Of a stretch of DNA of 64,000 nt, positions 18,915 to 38,314 are shown in pieces; the stretch's first letter is position 1, and every line of letters begins with the position of its first letter. Origin of the DNA: Geopsychrobacteraceae bacterium (GTDB taxonomy: Bacteria; Desulfobacterota; Desulfuromonadia; Desulfuromonadales; Geopsychrobacteraceae); contig CAXXTB010000001.1 in NCBI GenBank assembly GCA_963676795.2, positions 1,280,001 to 1,344,000 on the forward strand, read 5' to 3'. The notes under the pieces are model-generated. The model had not been told where the DNA came from. It was given only the letters and a program-made list of their open reading frames with translations, and did not search any database. The translations under genes and the position numbers were made by a program.

Positions 18915-18948
18915 TAGCCAAGGTCGCTTTTGTGGCCTTGGCTATTCT
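18915..18948 (+). terminator. rplL-rpoB attenuator-like hairpin
   Basis: TAGCCAAGGTCGC-tttt-GTGGCCTTGGCTA followed by TTCT (weak U-tract). Confidence 0.55.
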
Positions 18949-19109
18949 CGTTGTCAGCCCAGATTGATAGGGTATAGTTGTATATTGCGGTAAAGAATTG
19001 TCTTTGCCGCTCGAATTTGCGCCTCAACTGTTTATTGTAACGAGTTGACGTACTAGAGTGGTGTCTGCCAGGGCATAAGGCCCGAAGATCCTGACCCAAA
19101 GGAGAAAAC

Positions 19110-22100
19110 ATGGCGTATTCGTTTGCGAATAATCCGCTCCTCAGGAAGCACTTCGCAAAGGTTACGAATATCATTGATATTCCAAACCTGATCGATATCC
19201 AGAAAACATCTTATAAACGCTTTTTGCAGTCTGATATGCCTCTTTCCGAACGTAAATCGAGCGGTTTGGAAGGTGTCTTTCGGTCTGTATTTCCGATTCG
19301 TGATTTCAGTGATACCTGCTCGATGGAGTATGTATCCTACGAACTCGGTACTCCTAAGTATGACGTGGAAGAATGCCACCAGCGCGGAATGACCTTTGCT
19401 GCGCCGATCAAGGTCAAGGTACGCCTCGTAACTTGGGATGTCGACAAAGAGTCCGGTGCTCAGTCCATTCGGGACATCAAGGAACAGGAAGTCTATTTCG
19501 GTGAAATTCCGCTGATGACTGAAAACGGTACTTTTATCATTAACGGTACCGAACGTGTCATCGTCAGCCAGTTGCACCGTTCCCCTGGTGTTTTCTTTGC
19601 TCATGACAAGGGCAAGACGCATTCCAGCGGGAAAGTGCTCTACAGCGCAAGGATTATTCCTTATCGCGGATCCTGGCTCGATTTTGATTTCGATCACAAG
19701 GATCTGCTCTGGGTTCGCATCGATCGAAGACGTAAATTGCCAGCAACAGTTCTTCTCAAAGCCCTCGGTTATACGACTGAAGAACTGCTGAAATATTATT
19801 ACGATCTTGAAGAGATCACCTGGGATGGTAATGAATATATCAAGAAGATTAATTACGAGCATCTGACCGGCCAGCGTGCCAGCTCGGATGTCGTTTCGGC
19901 TTCTGGTGAAGTTATTGTCAAGGCCAACCGTAAGTTCACCCGCGCGGCTATCCGTAAGCTCAAAGAGGAAGCGATTGAGACAATCCCTGTCACTTTCGAA
20001 GAGCTGATCGGTAAGGTTGTTGCGACAGACATCATCGACGAAAATACCGGTGAGGTGCTGCTCGAGTGTAATGCCGAACTGACCGAGGGCAAGCTTGAAG
20101 AGCTCAAGGCCAAGGGAATCAATGATTTCAGTGTTCTGTTCATTGATCACCTGTATGTTGGTTCTTACCTGAGCGATACCCTGCGCAGTGACAAGGTTGA
20201 GACCGCAGAAGAGGCGATTATTGAAATCTTCCGGCGTCTGCGCCCGGGTGATCCGCCGACAGTTAAAACTGCGACAAGCCTGTTTGAGAGCCTTTTCTTT
20301 AGTCCTGAGCGCTACGATATCTCAGCCGTTGGTCGCCTCAAACTGAATCATAAGCTCGGCGTCAACAGCCCGCTCGAACAGCTGACCCTGACCCAGGAAG
20401 ATATCCTTCAGGTTGTCAGATACCTGATCGACCTGCGTAACGGTAAGGGGACAATTGACGATATCGATCACCTCGGTAACCGTCGCGTCCGTGCTGTCGG
20501 AGAGCTGCTTGAGAACCAGTACCGTGTCGGTCTGGTCCGTATGGAACGTGCCATCAAGGAGCGTATGAGCCTGCAGGACGTCGACAGCCTGATGCCACAC
20601 GACCTGATCAACTCCAAGCCTGTATCTGCAGTGGTCAAGGAGTTTTTCGGTTCATCGCAGCTGTCCCAGTTTATGGATCAGACCAACCCGCTGTCCGAGG
20701 TCACTCACAAGCGTCGTCTGTCTGCTCTTGGACCTGGTGGTCTGACCCGTGAGCGTGCCGGTTTTGAGGTTCGTGACGTCCATCCGACTCACTACGGTCG
20801 CGTCTGTCCGATCGAGACCCCTGAGGGGCCGAACATCGGTCTGATCGCTTCGTTGTCGACCTATGCGCGGATCAACGAATACGGTTTTGTCGAGACGCCG
20901 TACCGCGTTGTCAGCGAGGGTGTCGTCAGCGAGAATATCAAATACTTCTCAGCTCTTGAGGAGGAAGGTCATTCCATCGCTCAGGCTAATGCGCCTATCG
21001 ATGATGATGGAAAGTTCATCAACGAGCTGGTCAACGTCCGTAAAAACGGAGAATTCTTGCTGATGGCTCCGGAAGAAATCAGCCTGATGGACGTTTCTCC
21101 GAAGCAGATCGTTTCGGTCGCCGCAGCGCTGATACCTTTTCTGGAAAACGATGACGCCAACCGTGCGCTGATGGGTTCGAACATGCAGCGTCAGGCTGTT
21201 CCTCTGCTGCGTACCGATGCACCGCTGGTTGGTACCGGCATGGAGCGTGTTGTTGCTCATGATTCCGGCAACTCGGTCGTTGCTCGTCACGACGGCATTG
21301 TCGAGAGTGTCGATGCTGACCGCATCGTCATTCAGATCGACGACAAGGAAACCGATGATACCGGGACCGGTGTCGATATCTATAACCTGCTGAAGTTCAG
21401 CCGGTCGAACCAGAATACCTGTATCAACCAAAAGCCGATTGTTAAAGTCGGTGACCGGGTCAAGCGCGGCGATGTTGTTGCCGACGGTCCTTCGACCCAG
21501 TGGGGCGAGCTGGCTCTGGGGCAAAATATCCTGGTCGCATTCATGCCTTGGCATGGTTATAACTTCGAGGATTCGATCCTGATTTCCGAGAAGGTGGTTC
21601 AGGCCGACCGCTATACCTCGATTCACATCGAGGAGTTTGAGTGTGTTGCCCGTGACACCAAGCTTGGTAAGGAAGAGATCACCGACGATATTCCGAACCT
21701 GGGTGAAGACGCTCTTCGCGATCTCGACGAGTCGGGTATTATCCGTATCGGTGCCAGCGTCAAGCCGGGAGATATTCTCGTTGGTAAGATCACTCCGAAA
21801 GGTGAGACGCAGCTTTCTCCGGAAGAGAAGCTGTTGCGCGCCATCTTCGGTGAAAAGGCCGGTGACGTTCGCGATACTTCGCTGCGTGTACCGCCGGGTG
21901 AAGAGGGTGTCGTTATCGGTGCGCGTGTTTTCTCGCGCAAAGGCTCCGACAAGGATTCCCGTACCGAGCAGATCGAAGCACGGGAGATCGACAAGCTGAA
22001 GAAGGATCAGGAGGATGAGATCCGCATTCTGCGTAATTCGACTCGCAACAAGATCCGCTCGCTGCTGGTAGGTTTGACAGCAGCAGTCGATGTCGAAGGC

Positions 22101-23213
22101 CGAGATGGCAGTGCTGTGCTGGTCAAGAAGCAGGAGATCTCAGCTGAAGGGTTCGACAAGGTGCCTTTTGAGCGTATTGCGGAAATCTCCGTTGCCGGTG
22201 ACAGCGATGTTGAAGCCAAGGTCTCCAATCTGCTGGCCCGTCTGGCTGAGCGTGAAGAGCTGATCAGGGCGGTCTTCGAAGACAAGATCGAGAAGTGTAA
22301 ACGCGGTGATGATCTGCCTCCGGGCGTCATCAAGATGGTCAAGGTCTACATCGCCATCAAGCGCAAGCTGCAGGTCGGAGACAAAATGGCCGGTCGTCAC
22401 GGTAACAAGGGTGTTCTGTCACGTATCCTGCCGCAGGAGGATATGCCGTACATGGAAGACGGTACCCCTGTCGAGATCGTCCTGAATCCGCTTGGCGTTC
22501 CGTCGCGTATGAACGTCGGTCAGATCCTCGAGACCCACCTGGGTCTTGCTGCTCGTGGTCTGGGTAACCAGATCCGCAAGGTGATGGAAGAGCAGTACAG
22601 TGAATCGGCACTGAAGGAACAGATCAAGACGGCTTACAATGATCCTGAGCTTAACGCATTCATCGATGGTCTCGATGAGGAAGAAGTGAAGGTTCTGGCC
22701 CGTCGCCTGTTCATGGGTGTGCCGATGGCATCCCCGGTCTTTGAGGGCGTGCCCGAGGAGAAGATGAAGGCCGAGCTGGCTCGTGCCGGTTTCGATACCA
22801 GCGGCCAGATGACCCTGTATGACGGGAAGACGGGTGAAGCGTTCAAGGAAAAGGTCACCGTCGGAATCATGTATATCCTTAAACTGCACCACCTGGTCGA
22901 TGACAAGATCCACGCCCGTTCGATCGGTCCCTACAGTCTCGTCACCCAGCAGCCGCTTGGTGGTAAGGCGCAGTTCGGTGGTCAGCGACTGGGTGAGATG
23001 GAGGTCTGGGCCATGGAAGCCTACGGTGCGGCTCATGCCCTGCAGGAGTTCCTGACCGTCAAGTCGGATGACGTTGCCGGCCGGACCAGAATGTATGAAG
23101 CGATCGTCAAGGGTAAGCACACCCTTGAGGCCGGCCTGCCGGAGTCGTTCAACGTTCTGATCAAGGAACTTCAGGCCCTTTGTCTGGATGTTGATCTGCT
23201 GGAGGAGGACTGA
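19110..23213 (+). CDS. rpoB: RNA polymerase beta subunit
   Basis: [53 protein letters not shown]. Confidence 0.99.
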   Translation: MAYSFANNPLLRKHFAKVTNIIDIPNLIDIQKTSYKRFLQSDMPLSERKSSGLEGVFRSVFPIRDFSDTCSMEYVSYELGTPKYDVEECHQRGMTFAAPIKVKVRLVTWDVDKESGAQSIRDIKEQEVYFGEIPLMTENGTFIINGTERVIVSQLHRSPGVFFAHDKGKTHSSGKVLYSARIIPYRGSWLDFDFDHKDLLWVRIDRRRKLPATVLLKALGYTTEELLKYYYDLEEITWDGNEYIKKINYEHLTGQRASSDVVSASGEVIVKANRKFTRAAIRKLKEEAIETIPVTFEELIGKVVATDIIDENTGEVLLECNAELTEGKLEELKAKGINDFSVLFIDHLYVGSYLSDTLRSDKVETAEEAIIEIFRRLRPGDPPTVKTATSLFESLFFSPERYDISAVGRLKLNHKLGVNSPLEQLTLTQEDILQVVRYLIDLRNGKGTIDDIDHLGNRRVRAVGELLENQYRVGLVRMERAIKERMSLQDVDSLMPHDLINSKPVSAVVKEFFGSSQLSQFMDQTNPLSEVTHKRRLSALGPGGLTRERAGFEVRDVHPTHYGRVCPIETPEGPNIGLIASLSTYARINEYGFVETPYRVVSEGVVSENIKYFSALEEEGHSIAQANAPIDDDGKFINELVNVRKNGEFLLMAPEEISLMDVSPKQIVSVAAALIPFLENDDANRALMGSNMQRQAVPLLRTDAPLVGTGMERVVAHDSGNSVVARHDGIVESVDADRIVIQIDDKETDDTGTGVDIYNLLKFSRSNQNTCINQKPIVKVGDRVKRGDVVADGPSTQWGELALGQNILVAFMPWHGYNFEDSILISEKVVQADRYTSIHIEEFECVARDTKLGKEEITDDIPNLGEDALRDLDESGIIRIGASVKPGDILVGKITPKGETQLSPEEKLLRAIFGEKAGDVRDTSLRVPPGEEGVVIGARVFSRKGSDKDSRTEQIEAREIDKLKKDQEDEIRILRNSTRNKIRSLLVGLTAAVDVEGRDGSAVLVKKQEISAEGFDKVPFERIAEISVAGDSDVEAKVSNLLARLAEREELIRAVFEDKIEKCKRGDDLPPGVIKMVKVYIAIKRKLQVGDKMAGRHGNKGVLSRILPQEDMPYMEDGTPVEIVLNPLGVPSRMNVGQILETHLGLAARGLGNQIRKVMEEQYSESALKEQIKTAYNDPELNAFIDGLDEEEVKVLARRLFMGVPMASPVFEGVPEEKMKAELARAGFDTSGQMTLYDGKTGEAFKEKVTVGIMYILKLHHLVDDKIHARSIGPYSLVTQQPLGGKAQFGGQRLGEMEVWAMEAYGAAHALQEFLTVKSDDVAGRTRMYEAIVKGKHTLEAGLPESFNVLIKELQALCLDVDLLEED

Positions 23214-23294
23214 GCATTGCTCAGTCCCCCTTTCGTCTAGCAGCGCAGTATAAAAGTTTGACACTGAACACTCATCCTACAAGGAGGATGCGTT

Positions 23295-27449
<4,155 letters not shown>

Positions 27450-27455
27450 AAAGTT

Positions 27456-27485
27456 GAAGGCCCCGTTTCGGGGCCTTCTTCTTTG
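27456..27485 (+). terminator. Terminator after rpoC
   Basis: GAAGGCCCCG-ttt-CGGGGCCTTC followed by TTCTTTG. Confidence 0.8.
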
Positions 27486-27517
27486 TCTAAGTCCTAATAA
27501 TTTAGCGAAAAAAGGGC

Positions 27518-27546
27518 TTGACAAAGGAATGGCCGATTGATAATCT
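27518..27546 (+). promoter_or_regulatory. str operon promoter
   Basis: TTGACA-N17-TAATCT with a TG extension. Confidence 0.65.
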
Positions 27547-27618
27547 CTGCGGGTTTTTCCCCGCAGAATGGCTGCTGGTGCAGCGGTAACATAGTTTTAA
27601 GGATTTGGGAGAATCTAG

Positions 27619-27990
27619 ATGCCAACAATTAACCAATTGATTCGCAACGGACGCAAAAAGAAGGTTGTTAAGTCAACTGCTCCGGCGTTGAAATCATGCC
27701 CTCAGCGTCGCGGTGTATGTACCCGTGTTTATACAACAACTCCTAAGAAGCCGAACTCGGCTCTGCGGAAGGTTGCCCGTGTTCGTTTGACGAACGGCAT
27801 TGTTGTTACATCCTATATCCCTGGCGTAGGTCACAACCTGCAGGAGCACTCCGTTGTTCTGATTCGTGGTGGCCGGGTCAAAGACTTGCCAGGTGTTCGT
27901 TATCACATCGTTCGTGGGTCTCTTGACCTTGCGGGTGTAAAGAATCGTATGCAGGCCCGTTCTAAGTACGGCGCTAAGCGTCCGAAATAA
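27619..27990 (+). CDS. rpsL: 30S ribosomal protein S12
   Basis: [23 protein letters not shown]. Confidence 0.99.
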   Translation: MPTINQLIRNGRKKKVVKSTAPALKSCPQRRGVCTRVYTTTPKKPNSALRKVARVRLTNGIVVTSYIPGVGHNLQEHSVVLIRGGRVKDLPGVRYHIVRGSLDLAGVKNRMQARSKYGAKRPK

Positions 27991-28011
27991 ACAGGCTGAG
28001 AAGAGGTCGTT

Positions 28012-28482
28012 ATGCCAAGAAGAAGAGAAGTTCCTAAGCGGATCGTCCTGCCGGACCCGAAGTTTGGTGACCAGCTTGTTGCCAAGTTTGTAAACAGCGT
28101 CATGGTTGACGGTAAGAAGAGTACTGCTGAGCAGATTGTTTACGGTGCGTTTGATATCGTTGCGGAGCGTACTGGCCAGGATCCTTTGACCGTGTTCAAG
28201 ACTGCAATGGATAATATCCGTCCGGTTCTTGAGGTTAAGTCCCGTCGTGTCGGTGGTTCTACTTACCAGGTGCCGATTGAAGTTGCTCCGTCCCGTCGTA
28301 CTGCTTTGGCAATGCGTTGGTTGGTGACTTACTCCAGGGCACGCAGTGAGAAGACGATGCGTGAGCGCCTGGCGGGTGAGTTTATGGATGCATTCAATAA
28401 CCGTGGTGCGGCTGTCAAGAAGCGTGAAGACACTCACCGGATGGCTGAGGCCAACAAGGCCTTTGCTCATTACCGCTGGTAA
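28012..28482 (+). CDS. rpsG: 30S ribosomal protein S7
   Basis: [21 protein letters not shown]. Confidence 0.99.
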   Translation: MPRRREVPKRIVLPDPKFGDQLVAKFVNSVMVDGKKSTAEQIVYGAFDIVAERTGQDPLTVFKTAMDNIRPVLEVKSRRVGGSTYQVPIEVAPSRRTALAMRWLVTYSRARSEKTMRERLAGEFMDAFNNRGAAVKKREDTHRMAEANKAFAHYRW

Positions 28483-28511
28483 TCACTGCCGGATTTGTTC
28501 AGGAGAAAGAC

Positions 28512-30590
28512 GTGGCTCGCAAGATTGCATTAGATAAAACCCGTAATATCGGGATTATGGCTCACATCGATGCCGGTAAGACGACAACGACTGAGCGTAT
28601 TCTCTTCTATACCGGTGTTTCGCACAAGATCGGTGAAGTTCATGATGGTGCCGCTACCATGGACTGGATGGCTCAGGAGCAGGAGCGTGGTATTACCATC
28701 ACATCTGCTGCGACAACCTGTTTCTGGCAGGATCATCGTGTCAATATTATCGATACTCCGGGCCACGTTGACTTTACTATCGAAGTTGAGCGTTCGCTGA
28801 AGGTTCTTGATGGCGCTGTTGCTGTTTTCTGTTCGGTCGGTGGTGTTGAGCCTCAGTCCGAGACGGTTTGGCGTCAGGCAGACAAGTATCATGTTCCGCG
28901 GATCGCTTTTATTAATAAGATGGACCGCATCGGCGCCAACTTTCAGCGTGGCGTTGATATGATTCGTGAGCGCCTCGGCGCGAACCCTCTTCCGGTTCAG
29001 CTGCCGATCGGTGCTGAAGAAAACTTCCGCGGTCTGGTCGATCTCGTCACCCTGCAGGCGATTGTCTGGGATGATGAGTCGATGGGTGCTAAGTACGAGA
29101 TTATCGACATTCCTGCTGATATGGCTGATGATGTCGAGATGGCTCGTGAAGCCCTGCTTGAGGAGATCTCTTCCAACGACGAAGAGTTGATGGAAAAATA
29201 CCTCGGTGGTGAAGAGCTGACCGTCGATGAGATCAAGGCTGCTATTCGTAAGGGGACCCGTGACATCGCTTTCTGCCCGGTGCTCTGTGGTAGTGCGTTC
29301 AAGAATAAGGGTGTTCAGACCCTGCTTGATGCAGTCGTTGACTTTATGCCGTCGCCGATCGACGTTCCGCCGATCAAGGGGGTTGTTCCCGGGACGGAAG
29401 AGGAGATCGAGCGTCCGGCCGATGATAACGGTCCGTTTGCCGCTCTGGCATTCAAGATCATGACCGACCCCTTTGTCGGTTCGCTGACTTTCTTCCGTGT
29501 CTATTCTGGTGTTGCTGAGTCCGGTACTTCTGTCCTGAACTCGACCAAGGATAAGAAAGAGCGTCTCGGTCGTCTGCTCAAGATGCACGCCAATAAGCGT
29601 GAGGAGATCAAGCAGGTCTATGCCGGTGATATCGCTGCTGCGGTTGGTCTGAAATATACCACGACCGGTGACACTCTATGTGACGAGAACAAGCCTTCGC
29701 TGCTCGAATCGATGGAATTCCCAGAGCCTGTTATTCACCTCTCGGTTGAGCCTAAGACCAAAGGTGATCAGGAAAAGATGGGTGTCGCTCTGGGTAAGCT
29801 CCTCTCTGAGGACCCGTCGCTGCGTGTTCGTACTGATGAAGAGACTGGTCAAACCATTCTTTCCGGTATGGGCGAGCTGCATCTTGATATCATCGTTGAT
29901 CGTATGAAGCGTGAATTCAAGGTCGAGTGTAATGTTGGTGCTCCACAGGTTGCTTACCGTGAATCGATCACTAAGACCGTCGAGGTTCAGGGCAAGTTTG
30001 TTCGTCAGTCTGGTGGTCGTGGCCAGTATGGTGACTGTTGGCTGCGGATCTCGCCGGGTGAGCCTGGAGATGGCTTTACCTTTGTTGATGAGATCAAGGG
30101 TGGTGTCATTCCCCGTGAATACATTCCAGCGGTTGGTAAGGGTGCTGAAGAGGCTGCCGAGAACGGTGTTCTGGCCGGCTTCCCGATTGTTGACGTCAAG
30201 GTTGCCTGTTTTGATGGTTCCTATCATGATGTTGACTCTTCGGAGATGGCCTTTAAAATCGCCGGTTCGATGGGCTTTAAAGAGGGCGCCAGGAAGGCTG
30301 ATCCGGTTCTGCTCGAGCCTGTCATGGCTGTCGAAGTTGTCGTTCCAGAGGAGTATATGGGCGATGTCATCGGTGACCTGAATAGTCGTCGTGGTCGTAT
30401 TCAGGGTATGGAATCCCGCGGTGGTGCTCAGGTTGTCAATGCGCATGTTCCGTTGTCGAGCATGTTCGGTTATGCGACCGACCTGCGCAGCGCAACCCAG
30501 GGGCGTGCTACTTATTCAATGGTTTTCGATCACTATGAGCAGGTGCCTAAGGCTCTGAGTGAAGAAATTATCGCTAAGGTCAACGGATAG
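28512..30590 (+). CDS. fusA: Elongation factor G
   Basis: [24 protein letters not shown] start. Confidence 0.99.
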   Translation: MARKIALDKTRNIGIMAHIDAGKTTTTERILFYTGVSHKIGEVHDGAATMDWMAQEQERGITITSAATTCFWQDHRVNIIDTPGHVDFTIEVERSLKVLDGAVAVFCSVGGVEPQSETVWRQADKYHVPRIAFINKMDRIGANFQRGVDMIRERLGANPLPVQLPIGAEENFRGLVDLVTLQAIVWDDESMGAKYEIIDIPADMADDVEMAREALLEEISSNDEELMEKYLGGEELTVDEIKAAIRKGTRDIAFCPVLCGSAFKNKGVQTLLDAVVDFMPSPIDVPPIKGVVPGTEEEIERPADDNGPFAALAFKIMTDPFVGSLTFFRVYSGVAESGTSVLNSTKDKKERLGRLLKMHANKREEIKQVYAGDIAAAVGLKYTTTGDTLCDENKPSLLESMEFPEPVIHLSVEPKTKGDQEKMGVALGKLLSEDPSLRVRTDEETGQTILSGMGELHLDIIVDRMKREFKVECNVGAPQVAYRESITKTVEVQGKFVRQSGGRGQYGDCWLRISPGEPGDGFTFVDEIKGGVIPREYIPAVGKGAEEAAENGVLAGFPIVDVKVACFDGSYHDVDSSEMAFKIAGSMGFKEGARKADPVLLEPVMAVEVVVPEEYMGDVIGDLNSRRGRIQGMESRGGAQVVNAHVPLSSMFGYATDLRSATQGRATYSMVFDHYEQVPKALSEEIIAKVNG

Positions 30591-30610
30591 GCCGAAAGGG
30601 AGTTTAAGAG

Positions 30611-31801
<1,191 letters not shown>

Positions 31802-31815
31802 GTAAGAGGTATACA

Positions 31816-32124
31816 ATGTCTACCCAAAAAATCAGAATTCGTTTGAAGGCCTATGATCACAGTCTGCTCGATCAGGCTGTTGCAGAGATTGTCGATACAA
31901 CCAAGCGCACCGGTTCTCGTCTGGTTGGTCCGATTCCGCTGCCGACTATCATCAACAAGTACTGCGTTCTGCGTGGTCCACACGTTGATAAGAAAAGTCG
32001 TGAGCAGTTCGAAATCAGAACTCATAAGCGCCTTCTTGATATTATGGAACCAACCCAGCAGACCGTAGACGCTTTGATGAAGCTGGATCTGTCCGCTGGT
32101 GTTGATGTTGAAATTAAGCTCTAA
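31816..32124 (+). CDS. rpsJ: 30S ribosomal protein S10
   Basis: [28 protein letters not shown]. Confidence 0.98.
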   Translation: MSTQKIRIRLKAYDHSLLDQAVAEIVDTTKRTGSRLVGPIPLPTIINKYCVLRGPHVDKKSREQFEIRTHKRLLDIMEPTQQTVDALMKLDLSAGVDVEIKL

Positions 32125-32159
32125 GCTTCGGCTTACAGTAAGTTAATAAGGGCACGACA

Positions 32160-32783
32160 ATGACTAACGGATTGTTGGGTAAAAAAATTGGTATGACACA
32201 GGTTTATGCGGCTGATGGTCAGCGTATCCCTGTCACTGTCATCGAAGCGGGACCATGTGTTGTTCTGCAGAAGAAGACTCAGGCAACTGACGGCTATGAA
32301 GCTGTTCAGGTCGGCTATCAGCCGAAGAGCGCTCAGCGTGTAAATAAGCCGGAAATGGGTCACTTCAAAAAAGCAGGTAGGGGCGCTTTTGCTGCTGTTC
32401 GTGAATTCAAGGCGGCAGGTGAGTGTGCTGTAGGTGATGAAATCACTTGTGAGATGTTCAAGCCGGGCGATTTCATCGACGTTGCTGGCATCAGCAAGGG
32501 GCGCGGTTTCCAGGGCGTTATCAAGCGCTGGGGCTTTGCTGGTGGTCGTGCAAGTCACGGCTCCATGTTCAAGCGTCGCACCGGTTCCATCGGTATGTCG
32601 GCATGGCCTTCACACGTCATTAAGGGTAAGAAGATGCCTGGTCAACTCGGTAATGTTCGGGCGACTACGCAAAATCTTATCGTTGTTGATGTTCGTCCGC
32701 AGCAGAATCTGATTCTTGTTCGTGGAGCTGTGCCTGGAGCAAAGAACGGCCTGGTCGAAATCCGTAAGGGTGTCAAGGCGTAA
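32160..32783 (+). CDS. rplC: 50S ribosomal protein L3
   Basis: GKKIGMTQ, SKGRGFQGVIKRW. Confidence 0.98.
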   Translation: MTNGLLGKKIGMTQVYAADGQRIPVTVIEAGPCVVLQKKTQATDGYEAVQVGYQPKSAQRVNKPEMGHFKKAGRGAFAAVREFKAAGECAVGDEITCEMFKPGDFIDVAGISKGRGFQGVIKRWGFAGGRASHGSMFKRRTGSIGMSAWPSHVIKGKKMPGQLGNVRATTQNLIVVDVRPQQNLILVRGAVPGAKNGLVEIRKGVKA

Positions 32784-32807
32784 CATAGGATACTGGGAGT
32801 TTACAAA

Positions 32808-33431
32808 ATGGCTACAGTTACAGTTTTTGATCAGGATAAAAAAGAAGTCGGTATGCGTGAGCTTGCTGACTCCGTTTTTAATACTGAGGTAAAAGGTTAT
32901 CTGCTGCATGACATGGTCCGTTATCAGCTGGCTGCCCGTCGTCAGGGTACTGCTGCTGTCAAGAATCGTGCTGCGGTAGCAGGTGGCGGCAAGAAACCAT
33001 ACAAGCAGAAGGGTACCGGTAACGCGCGTCAGGGCACGATTCGTGCGCCTCACTTCGTTGGTGGTGGCGTTGCTTTTGGTCCGCAGCCACGTTCTTACGC
33101 GTTCAAGTTGAACCGTAAAGTTAAGAAGGCAGCATTGTGCAGTGCCTTGTCGGCACGTTTTCAGGCAGAGAAGATTGTCGTACTCAATGATCTGAGCCTG
33201 GAAACGATCAGCACCAAGTCGTTTGGTCAGATGATCAAGAAGTTTGAGCTTGAGGGTGCTTTGGTTGTCATTGACAAGCCAAACCCGAATGTTGAGCTGT
33301 CTGCAAGAAATCTGCGTAACGTCAAGGTTCTGCGTGCCGAGGGTGTTAATGTCTACGATATTCTCAACTACCCGAATCTGGTTCTGACAGATGCTGCTGT
33401 GAGTGAAATTGAAGGAGCTATGGGCAAATGA
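32808..33431 (+). CDS. rplD: 50S ribosomal protein L4
   Basis: [21 protein letters not shown]. Confidence 0.98.
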   Translation: MATVTVFDQDKKEVGMRELADSVFNTEVKGYLLHDMVRYQLAARRQGTAAVKNRAAVAGGGKKPYKQKGTGNARQGTIRAPHFVGGGVAFGPQPRSYAFKLNRKVKKAALCSALSARFQAEKIVVLNDLSLETISTKSFGQMIKKFELEGALVVIDKPNPNVELSARNLRNVKVLRAEGVNVYDILNYPNLVLTDAAVSEIEGAMGK

Positions 33432-33715
33432 AACCTTTATATGAAATCATTCGCAAGCCGCTGATTACCGAAAAGGCCAATGAGCTGAAAGAATCGGCGC
33501 AAGTCGTCGCTTTTGAGGTCGCTCGCAGCGCAAATAAGATAGAAATTAAGCAGGCAGTAGAAAAAGCCTTTGACGTTAAGGTGAAATCTGTTAATACTAT
33601 GCAGTTTCGCGGTAAGGTCAAACGCGTCGGCTATAATCTCGGTCAGCGCAGCAATTGGAAGAAAGCATATGTGACCCTCGAAGATGGTCACAATATTGAT
33701 TTTTATGGCGTGTAA
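33428..33715 (+). CDS. rplW: 50S ribosomal protein L23
   Basis: [14 protein letters not shown]. Confidence 0.97.
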   Translation: MKPLYEIIRKPLITEKANELKESAQVVAFEVARSANKIEIKQAVEKAFDVKVKSVNTMQFRGKVKRVGYNLGQRSNWKKAYVTLEDGHNIDFYGV

Positions 33716-33748
33716 GGCCATTGGCTTTGCAGGTATGGAGTAATCAAA

Positions 33749-34576
<828 letters not shown>

Positions 34577-34597
34577 TTCAACTGTTAGGAGACGATT

Positions 34598-34876
34598 GTG
34601 GCAAGATCAATTAAAAAAGGGTTCTATGTTCAGGAGTCCCTGTTGCGTCAGGTTGACCTTGAAGGTGAAGCCAACCGCAACAAGGTTGTTAAGACATGGT
34701 CTCGTCGTTCAACGATTATTCCTGAATTTGTCGGAATGACTTTCGCTGTCCATAACGGCAAGAAGTTTGTTCCGGTTTTTGTCAGCGAAAACATGGTTGG
34801 ACATAAACTTGGTGAGTTCGCACCGACCCGTACCTACTTCGGTCATGGTGCTGATAAAAAAAGTAAAGTCAGATAA
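34598..34876 (+). CDS. rpsS: 30S ribosomal protein S19
   Basis: [21 protein letters not shown]. Confidence 0.98.
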   Translation: MARSIKKGFYVQESLLRQVDLEGEANRNKVVKTWSRRSTIIPEFVGMTFAVHNGKKFVPVFVSENMVGHKLGEFAPTRTYFGHGADKKSKVR

Positions 34877-34901
34877 TCCGTTCTGACAGGAGTTCCGAAA
34901 A

Positions 34902-35234
34902 ATGGAAGCACAAGCTAAATTAAGGAACGCACGACTCTCCCCACGTAAGGCGAGACTTGTTGCAGACATGGTTCGTGGCAAGATGATTCAGGATGCAATC
35001 AACATCCTGCAGTTTTCCCCACAGAAAACCGCTCCAGTATTGTCGAAATTGTTGAAATCTGCTGTTGCGAACGCTGAGCAGAAGGGCGTTTCTGATGTCG
35101 ATCAGCTGTTCGTCAAGACAGTCATGGTTGACCAGGGCCCTGTACTGCGTCGCTTTATGCCACGCGCTCAAGGACGTGCCAGCCGAATTCGTAAACCTAC
35201 CAGCCACATCACTGTGGTTTTGGACGTTAAGTAA
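34902..35234 (+). CDS. rplV: 50S ribosomal protein L22
   Basis: [17 protein letters not shown]. Confidence 0.98.
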   Translation: MEAQAKLRNARLSPRKARLVADMVRGKMIQDAINILQFSPQKTAPVLSKLLKSAVANAEQKGVSDVDQLFVKTVMVDQGPVLRRFMPRAQGRASRIRKPTSHITVVLDVK

Positions 35235-35251
35235 GTCGAGGAGGTGTCCCT

Positions 35252-35902
35252 TTGGGCCAGAAAGTACATCCGATTGGATTTCGTCTAGGTGTCAACCGGA
35301 CTTGGGAATCCCGCTGGTATGCAGATTCTGATTACGCAGAAAAACTGCATGCAGATTTGAAATTACGTGAGTTTCTGAAGAAACGTCTTTATCACGCAGG
35401 TATTTCCAAGATTGAGCTTGAGCGTGCTGCCAGCAAGGTGAAAATCAACATCTTCGCAGCCCGCCCAGGTATCATCATTGGAAAAAAGGGTTCTGAAGTC
35501 GAGGTTCTTAAGAAAGACCTGGCGAAAATCACCGCTGATGAGTGTTTCATCAACATTCAGGAGGTGCGTAAGCCCGAAGTCGACGCTCAGCTCGTCGCTG
35601 AGAATGTTTGCCTTCAGCTGGAGCGACGCGTTGCTTTTCGTCGCGCCATGAAGCGTAGCGTCAGCATGGCACTGAAGTTCGGTGCCAAGGGAATTAAAAT
35701 CAATTGCTCAGGTCGTCTCGGTGGTGCTGAGATGAGTCGTACCGAGTGGTATCGTGAAGGTCGTGTGCCTCTGCACACCCTGCGTGCCGACATCGATTAC
35801 GGTTTCGCTGAAGCAAAAACAACTTATGGAATTATCGGTGTCAAGGTTCTCATCTTCAAGGGTGAGGTTCTCGGCAAAGATAAGGAACAGCCAGTCGGCT
35901 GA
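35252..35902 (+). CDS. rpsC: 30S ribosomal protein S3
   Basis: [29 protein letters not shown] start. Confidence 0.98.
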   Translation: MGQKVHPIGFRLGVNRTWESRWYADSDYAEKLHADLKLREFLKKRLYHAGISKIELERAASKVKINIFAARPGIIIGKKGSEVEVLKKDLAKITADECFINIQEVRKPEVDAQLVAENVCLQLERRVAFRRAMKRSVSMALKFGAKGIKINCSGRLGGAEMSRTEWYREGRVPLHTLRADIDYGFAEAKTTYGIIGVKVLIFKGEVLGKDKEQPVG

Positions 35903-35918
35903 GCAGGAGTAGCTTGTT

Positions 35919-36341
35919 ATGTTAATGCCGAAAAAGGTCAAGCGTAGAAAACAGTTTACCGGCCGTATGAAAGGGTCGGCAACCCGCGGAACTGAAGTCA
36001 GTTTTGGGGATTTCGGTTTGCAGGCAACAGAGTGTGGCTGGCTGACCTCTCGTCAGATTGAGGCTGCCCGTCGTGCTATGACCCGTTACATCAAACGGGG
36101 CGGTAAAATCTGGATTCGGTCATTTCCACACAAGCCGCTGACCAGTAAGCCTGCAGAAACTCGTATGGGTAAAGGTAAGGGTTCTCCAGAGAAGTGGGTT
36201 GCAGTCGTCAGGCCAGGTTCCATGCTTTACGAAATGCAGGGTGTCTCTGAGGAAATCGCACGCGAGGCGTTCCGCCTTGGTGCACATAAATTGCCAATGA
36301 GAACCAAGTTCGTGAAAAGAGAGGTTGGCGATGAAGGTTAG
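35919..36341 (+). CDS. rplP: 50S ribosomal protein L16
   Basis: [16 protein letters not shown]. Confidence 0.98.
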   Translation: MLMPKKVKRRKQFTGRMKGSATRGTEVSFGDFGLQATECGWLTSRQIEAARRAMTRYIKRGGKIWIRSFPHKPLTSKPAETRMGKGKGSPEKWVAVVRPGSMLYEMQGVSEEIAREAFRLGAHKLPMRTKFVKREVGDEG

Positions 36342-36522
36342 TGAAATCAGAGAGCTCAGTGTTGAGGAGCTGCAGGCCAAGTCTGTAGAGCTTCAGCAGG
36401 AACTGTTTAATTTGCGTTTTCAACTGCATACCGGTCACCTGGAAAATACAGCAAGACTTTCGCAGGTACGTAAAGACGTTGCCCGTGTAAAGACTGTTTT
36501 GTCCAGTAAGCTGAATGCTTAA
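36331..36522 (+). CDS. rpmC: 50S ribosomal protein L29
   Basis: [17 protein letters not shown]; synteny. Confidence 0.96.
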   Translation: MKVSEIRELSVEELQAKSVELQQELFNLRFQLHTGHLENTARLSQVRKDVARVKTVLSSKLNA

Positions 36523-36535
36523 GGTGTGAGGAAAA

Positions 36536-36802
36536 ATGAGTCAGGAACGAGGCAAAAGAAGAACACGTATTGGAGTCGTTGTTAGCGACAAGATGGACAA
36601 AACCGTCGTTGTCCGCGTTGACGATCTGGTCAAGCACAGTGTTTACAAGAAATACATCAAGCGTAAGGTCACTTGTAAGGCTCATGACGAGGCGAATGAC
36701 TGCGGCATTGGTGATAAAGTTCTGATCGTTGAAACCAGACCCTTATCCAAGGATAAGCGCTGGCGGGTTCGCCAGATTCTGGAGAAGGCCGTTACCGCGT
36801 AG
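36536..36802 (+). CDS. rpsQ: 30S ribosomal protein S17
   Basis: [20 protein letters not shown]. Confidence 0.98.
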   Translation: MSQERGKRRTRIGVVVSDKMDKTVVVRVDDLVKHSVYKKYIKRKVTCKAHDEANDCGIGDKVLIVETRPLSKDKRWRVRQILEKAVTA

Positions 36803-36814
36803 GAGAAAATAGTC

Positions 36815-37183
36815 ATGATCCAGATGCAATCCATACTCAGCGTGGCTGATAACTCGGGCGCAAAGAAATTGTGCTGTATTAAGGTTCCAGGTGGTTCCAA
36901 ACGTAAATATGCTGGCATCGGTGATGTCATCATCTGCAGCGTCAAGGAAGCACTGCCGAACTCACGGGTTAAAAAGGGCGATGTCGTCCGTGCTGTTATT
37001 GTCAGGACAGCTAAGGAGATTTCTCGCCAGGATGGTTCTTTCATCCGCTTTGATAACAACTCTGCGGTTGTCATCAATGCTGGTAATGAGCCGATCGGTA
37101 CCCGTATCTTTGGTCCGGTAGCAAGAGAGCTGCGTGCGAAATCTTTTATGAAGATCGTATCGCTCGCACCGGAAGTACTATAA
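36815..37183 (+). CDS. rplN: 50S ribosomal protein L14
   Basis: [20 protein letters not shown]. Confidence 0.98.
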   Translation: MIQMQSILSVADNSGAKKLCCIKVPGGSKRKYAGIGDVIICSVKEALPNSRVKKGDVVRAVIVRTAKEISRQDGSFIRFDNNSAVVINAGNEPIGTRIFGPVARELRAKSFMKIVSLAPEVL

Positions 37184-37207
37184 ATTCGATAGTTGGAGAT
37201 CGTCGCG

Positions 37208-37537
37208 ATGTCTATAGCAAAAACTCATGTCAAAAAAGATGACATGGTAAAAATCGTCGCCGGTAAAGAACGTGGTAAAACCGGAAAGGTTTTACGTGTA
37301 TTCCCTGCCAAGGGTCGCGTTGTCGTTGAAGGCCTCAACCAGGTCAAGCGTCATACCCGTCCTTCGCAGCTGAATCCAGAGGGCGGTATTGTCGAGAAGG
37401 AAGCGGCTATCAGCATTTCCAATGTTATGCTGATCTGCGGTTCATGTAACGAGGCAACTCGTACAGGTGTTCGCTTGCTCGAAGACGGTACCAAGACACG
37501 TTTTTGTAAAAAGTGCAACGCTAGCGTTGATAAATAA
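37208..37537 (+). CDS. rplX: 50S ribosomal protein L24
   Basis: KOW motif [20 protein letters not shown]; start at the ATG after GGAGA. Confidence 0.96.
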   Translation: MSIAKTHVKKDDMVKIVAGKERGKTGKVLRVFPAKGRVVVEGLNQVKRHTRPSQLNPEGGIVEKEAAISISNVMLICGSCNEATRTGVRLLEDGTKTRFCKKCNASVDK

Positions 37538-37549
37538 ACGGAGTAATCG

Positions 37550-38089
37550 ATGGCCAGGTTAAAAGAGGCATATCTTCAGGAGCAGGTGCCTGCTCTGATG
37601 AAGGAATTCCAGTACCGCAATGTAATGGAAGTTCCGCGCATTGAAAAAGTCGTTCTGAATATGGGCCTTGGTGAAGCAATTCAGAACCCTAAATTGCTGG
37701 AGTCCGCAGTAGAAGAGTTAGGTCGTATCAGTGGCCAGAAAGCAATGATCACCAAATCGAAAAAGGCGATCGCTGGTTTTAAGCTGCGCGAAGATATGCC
37801 GATTGGTGCCTGTGTCACTCTGCGTCAGAGCCGTGCATGGGAGTTTCTTGATCGTCTGATCAATGTTGCTCTGCCACGTGTTCGTGACTTCAAAGGTATA
37901 TCACCGAAGGCATTTGATGGCCGTGGTAACTACACTCTTGGTATTCGTGAGCAGTTGATCTTCCCGGAGATCGATCTGGACAAGATCGCCAAGGTATCTG
38001 GTCTGAATGTGACGATTGTAACTACGGCTAAAACTGACGAGGAAGGTCGGGCTCTGCTCGCTGGTCTCGGCATGCCGTTCAGAAAATAA
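37550..38089 (+). CDS. rplE: 50S ribosomal protein L5
   Basis: [16 protein letters not shown]. Confidence 0.98.
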   Translation: MARLKEAYLQEQVPALMKEFQYRNVMEVPRIEKVVLNMGLGEAIQNPKLLESAVEELGRISGQKAMITKSKKAIAGFKLREDMPIGACVTLRQSRAWEFLDRLINVALPRVRDFKGISPKAFDGRGNYTLGIREQLIFPEIDLDKIAKVSGLNVTIVTTAKTDEEGRALLAGLGMPFRK

Positions 38090-38107
38090 GCAAAGCGGAG
38101 GTTTGTT

Positions 38108-38293
38108 GTGGCAAAGAAATCAATGATTGCTAAGACCAAGCGGCCGAAAAAATTCGGTGTACGTGACTACAATCGCTGTCCGATTTGTGGCCGTCCGCGC
38201 GCTTACTATCGCAAGTTTGACATGTGCAGAATTTGTCTGCGGAAACTGGCATCCGAAGGGAAAATCCCTGGTGTTGTCAAGTCCAGCTGGTAA
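38108..38293 (+). CDS. rpsN: 30S ribosomal protein S14, type Z (Zn-binding)
   Basis: 61 aa, [12 protein letters not shown]. Confidence 0.97.
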   Translation: MAKKSMIAKTKRPKKFGVRDYNRCPICGRPRAYYRKFDMCRICLRKLASEGKIPGVVKSSW

Positions 38294-38314
38294 CAGCGTT
38301 AAGGAGTAATTTGA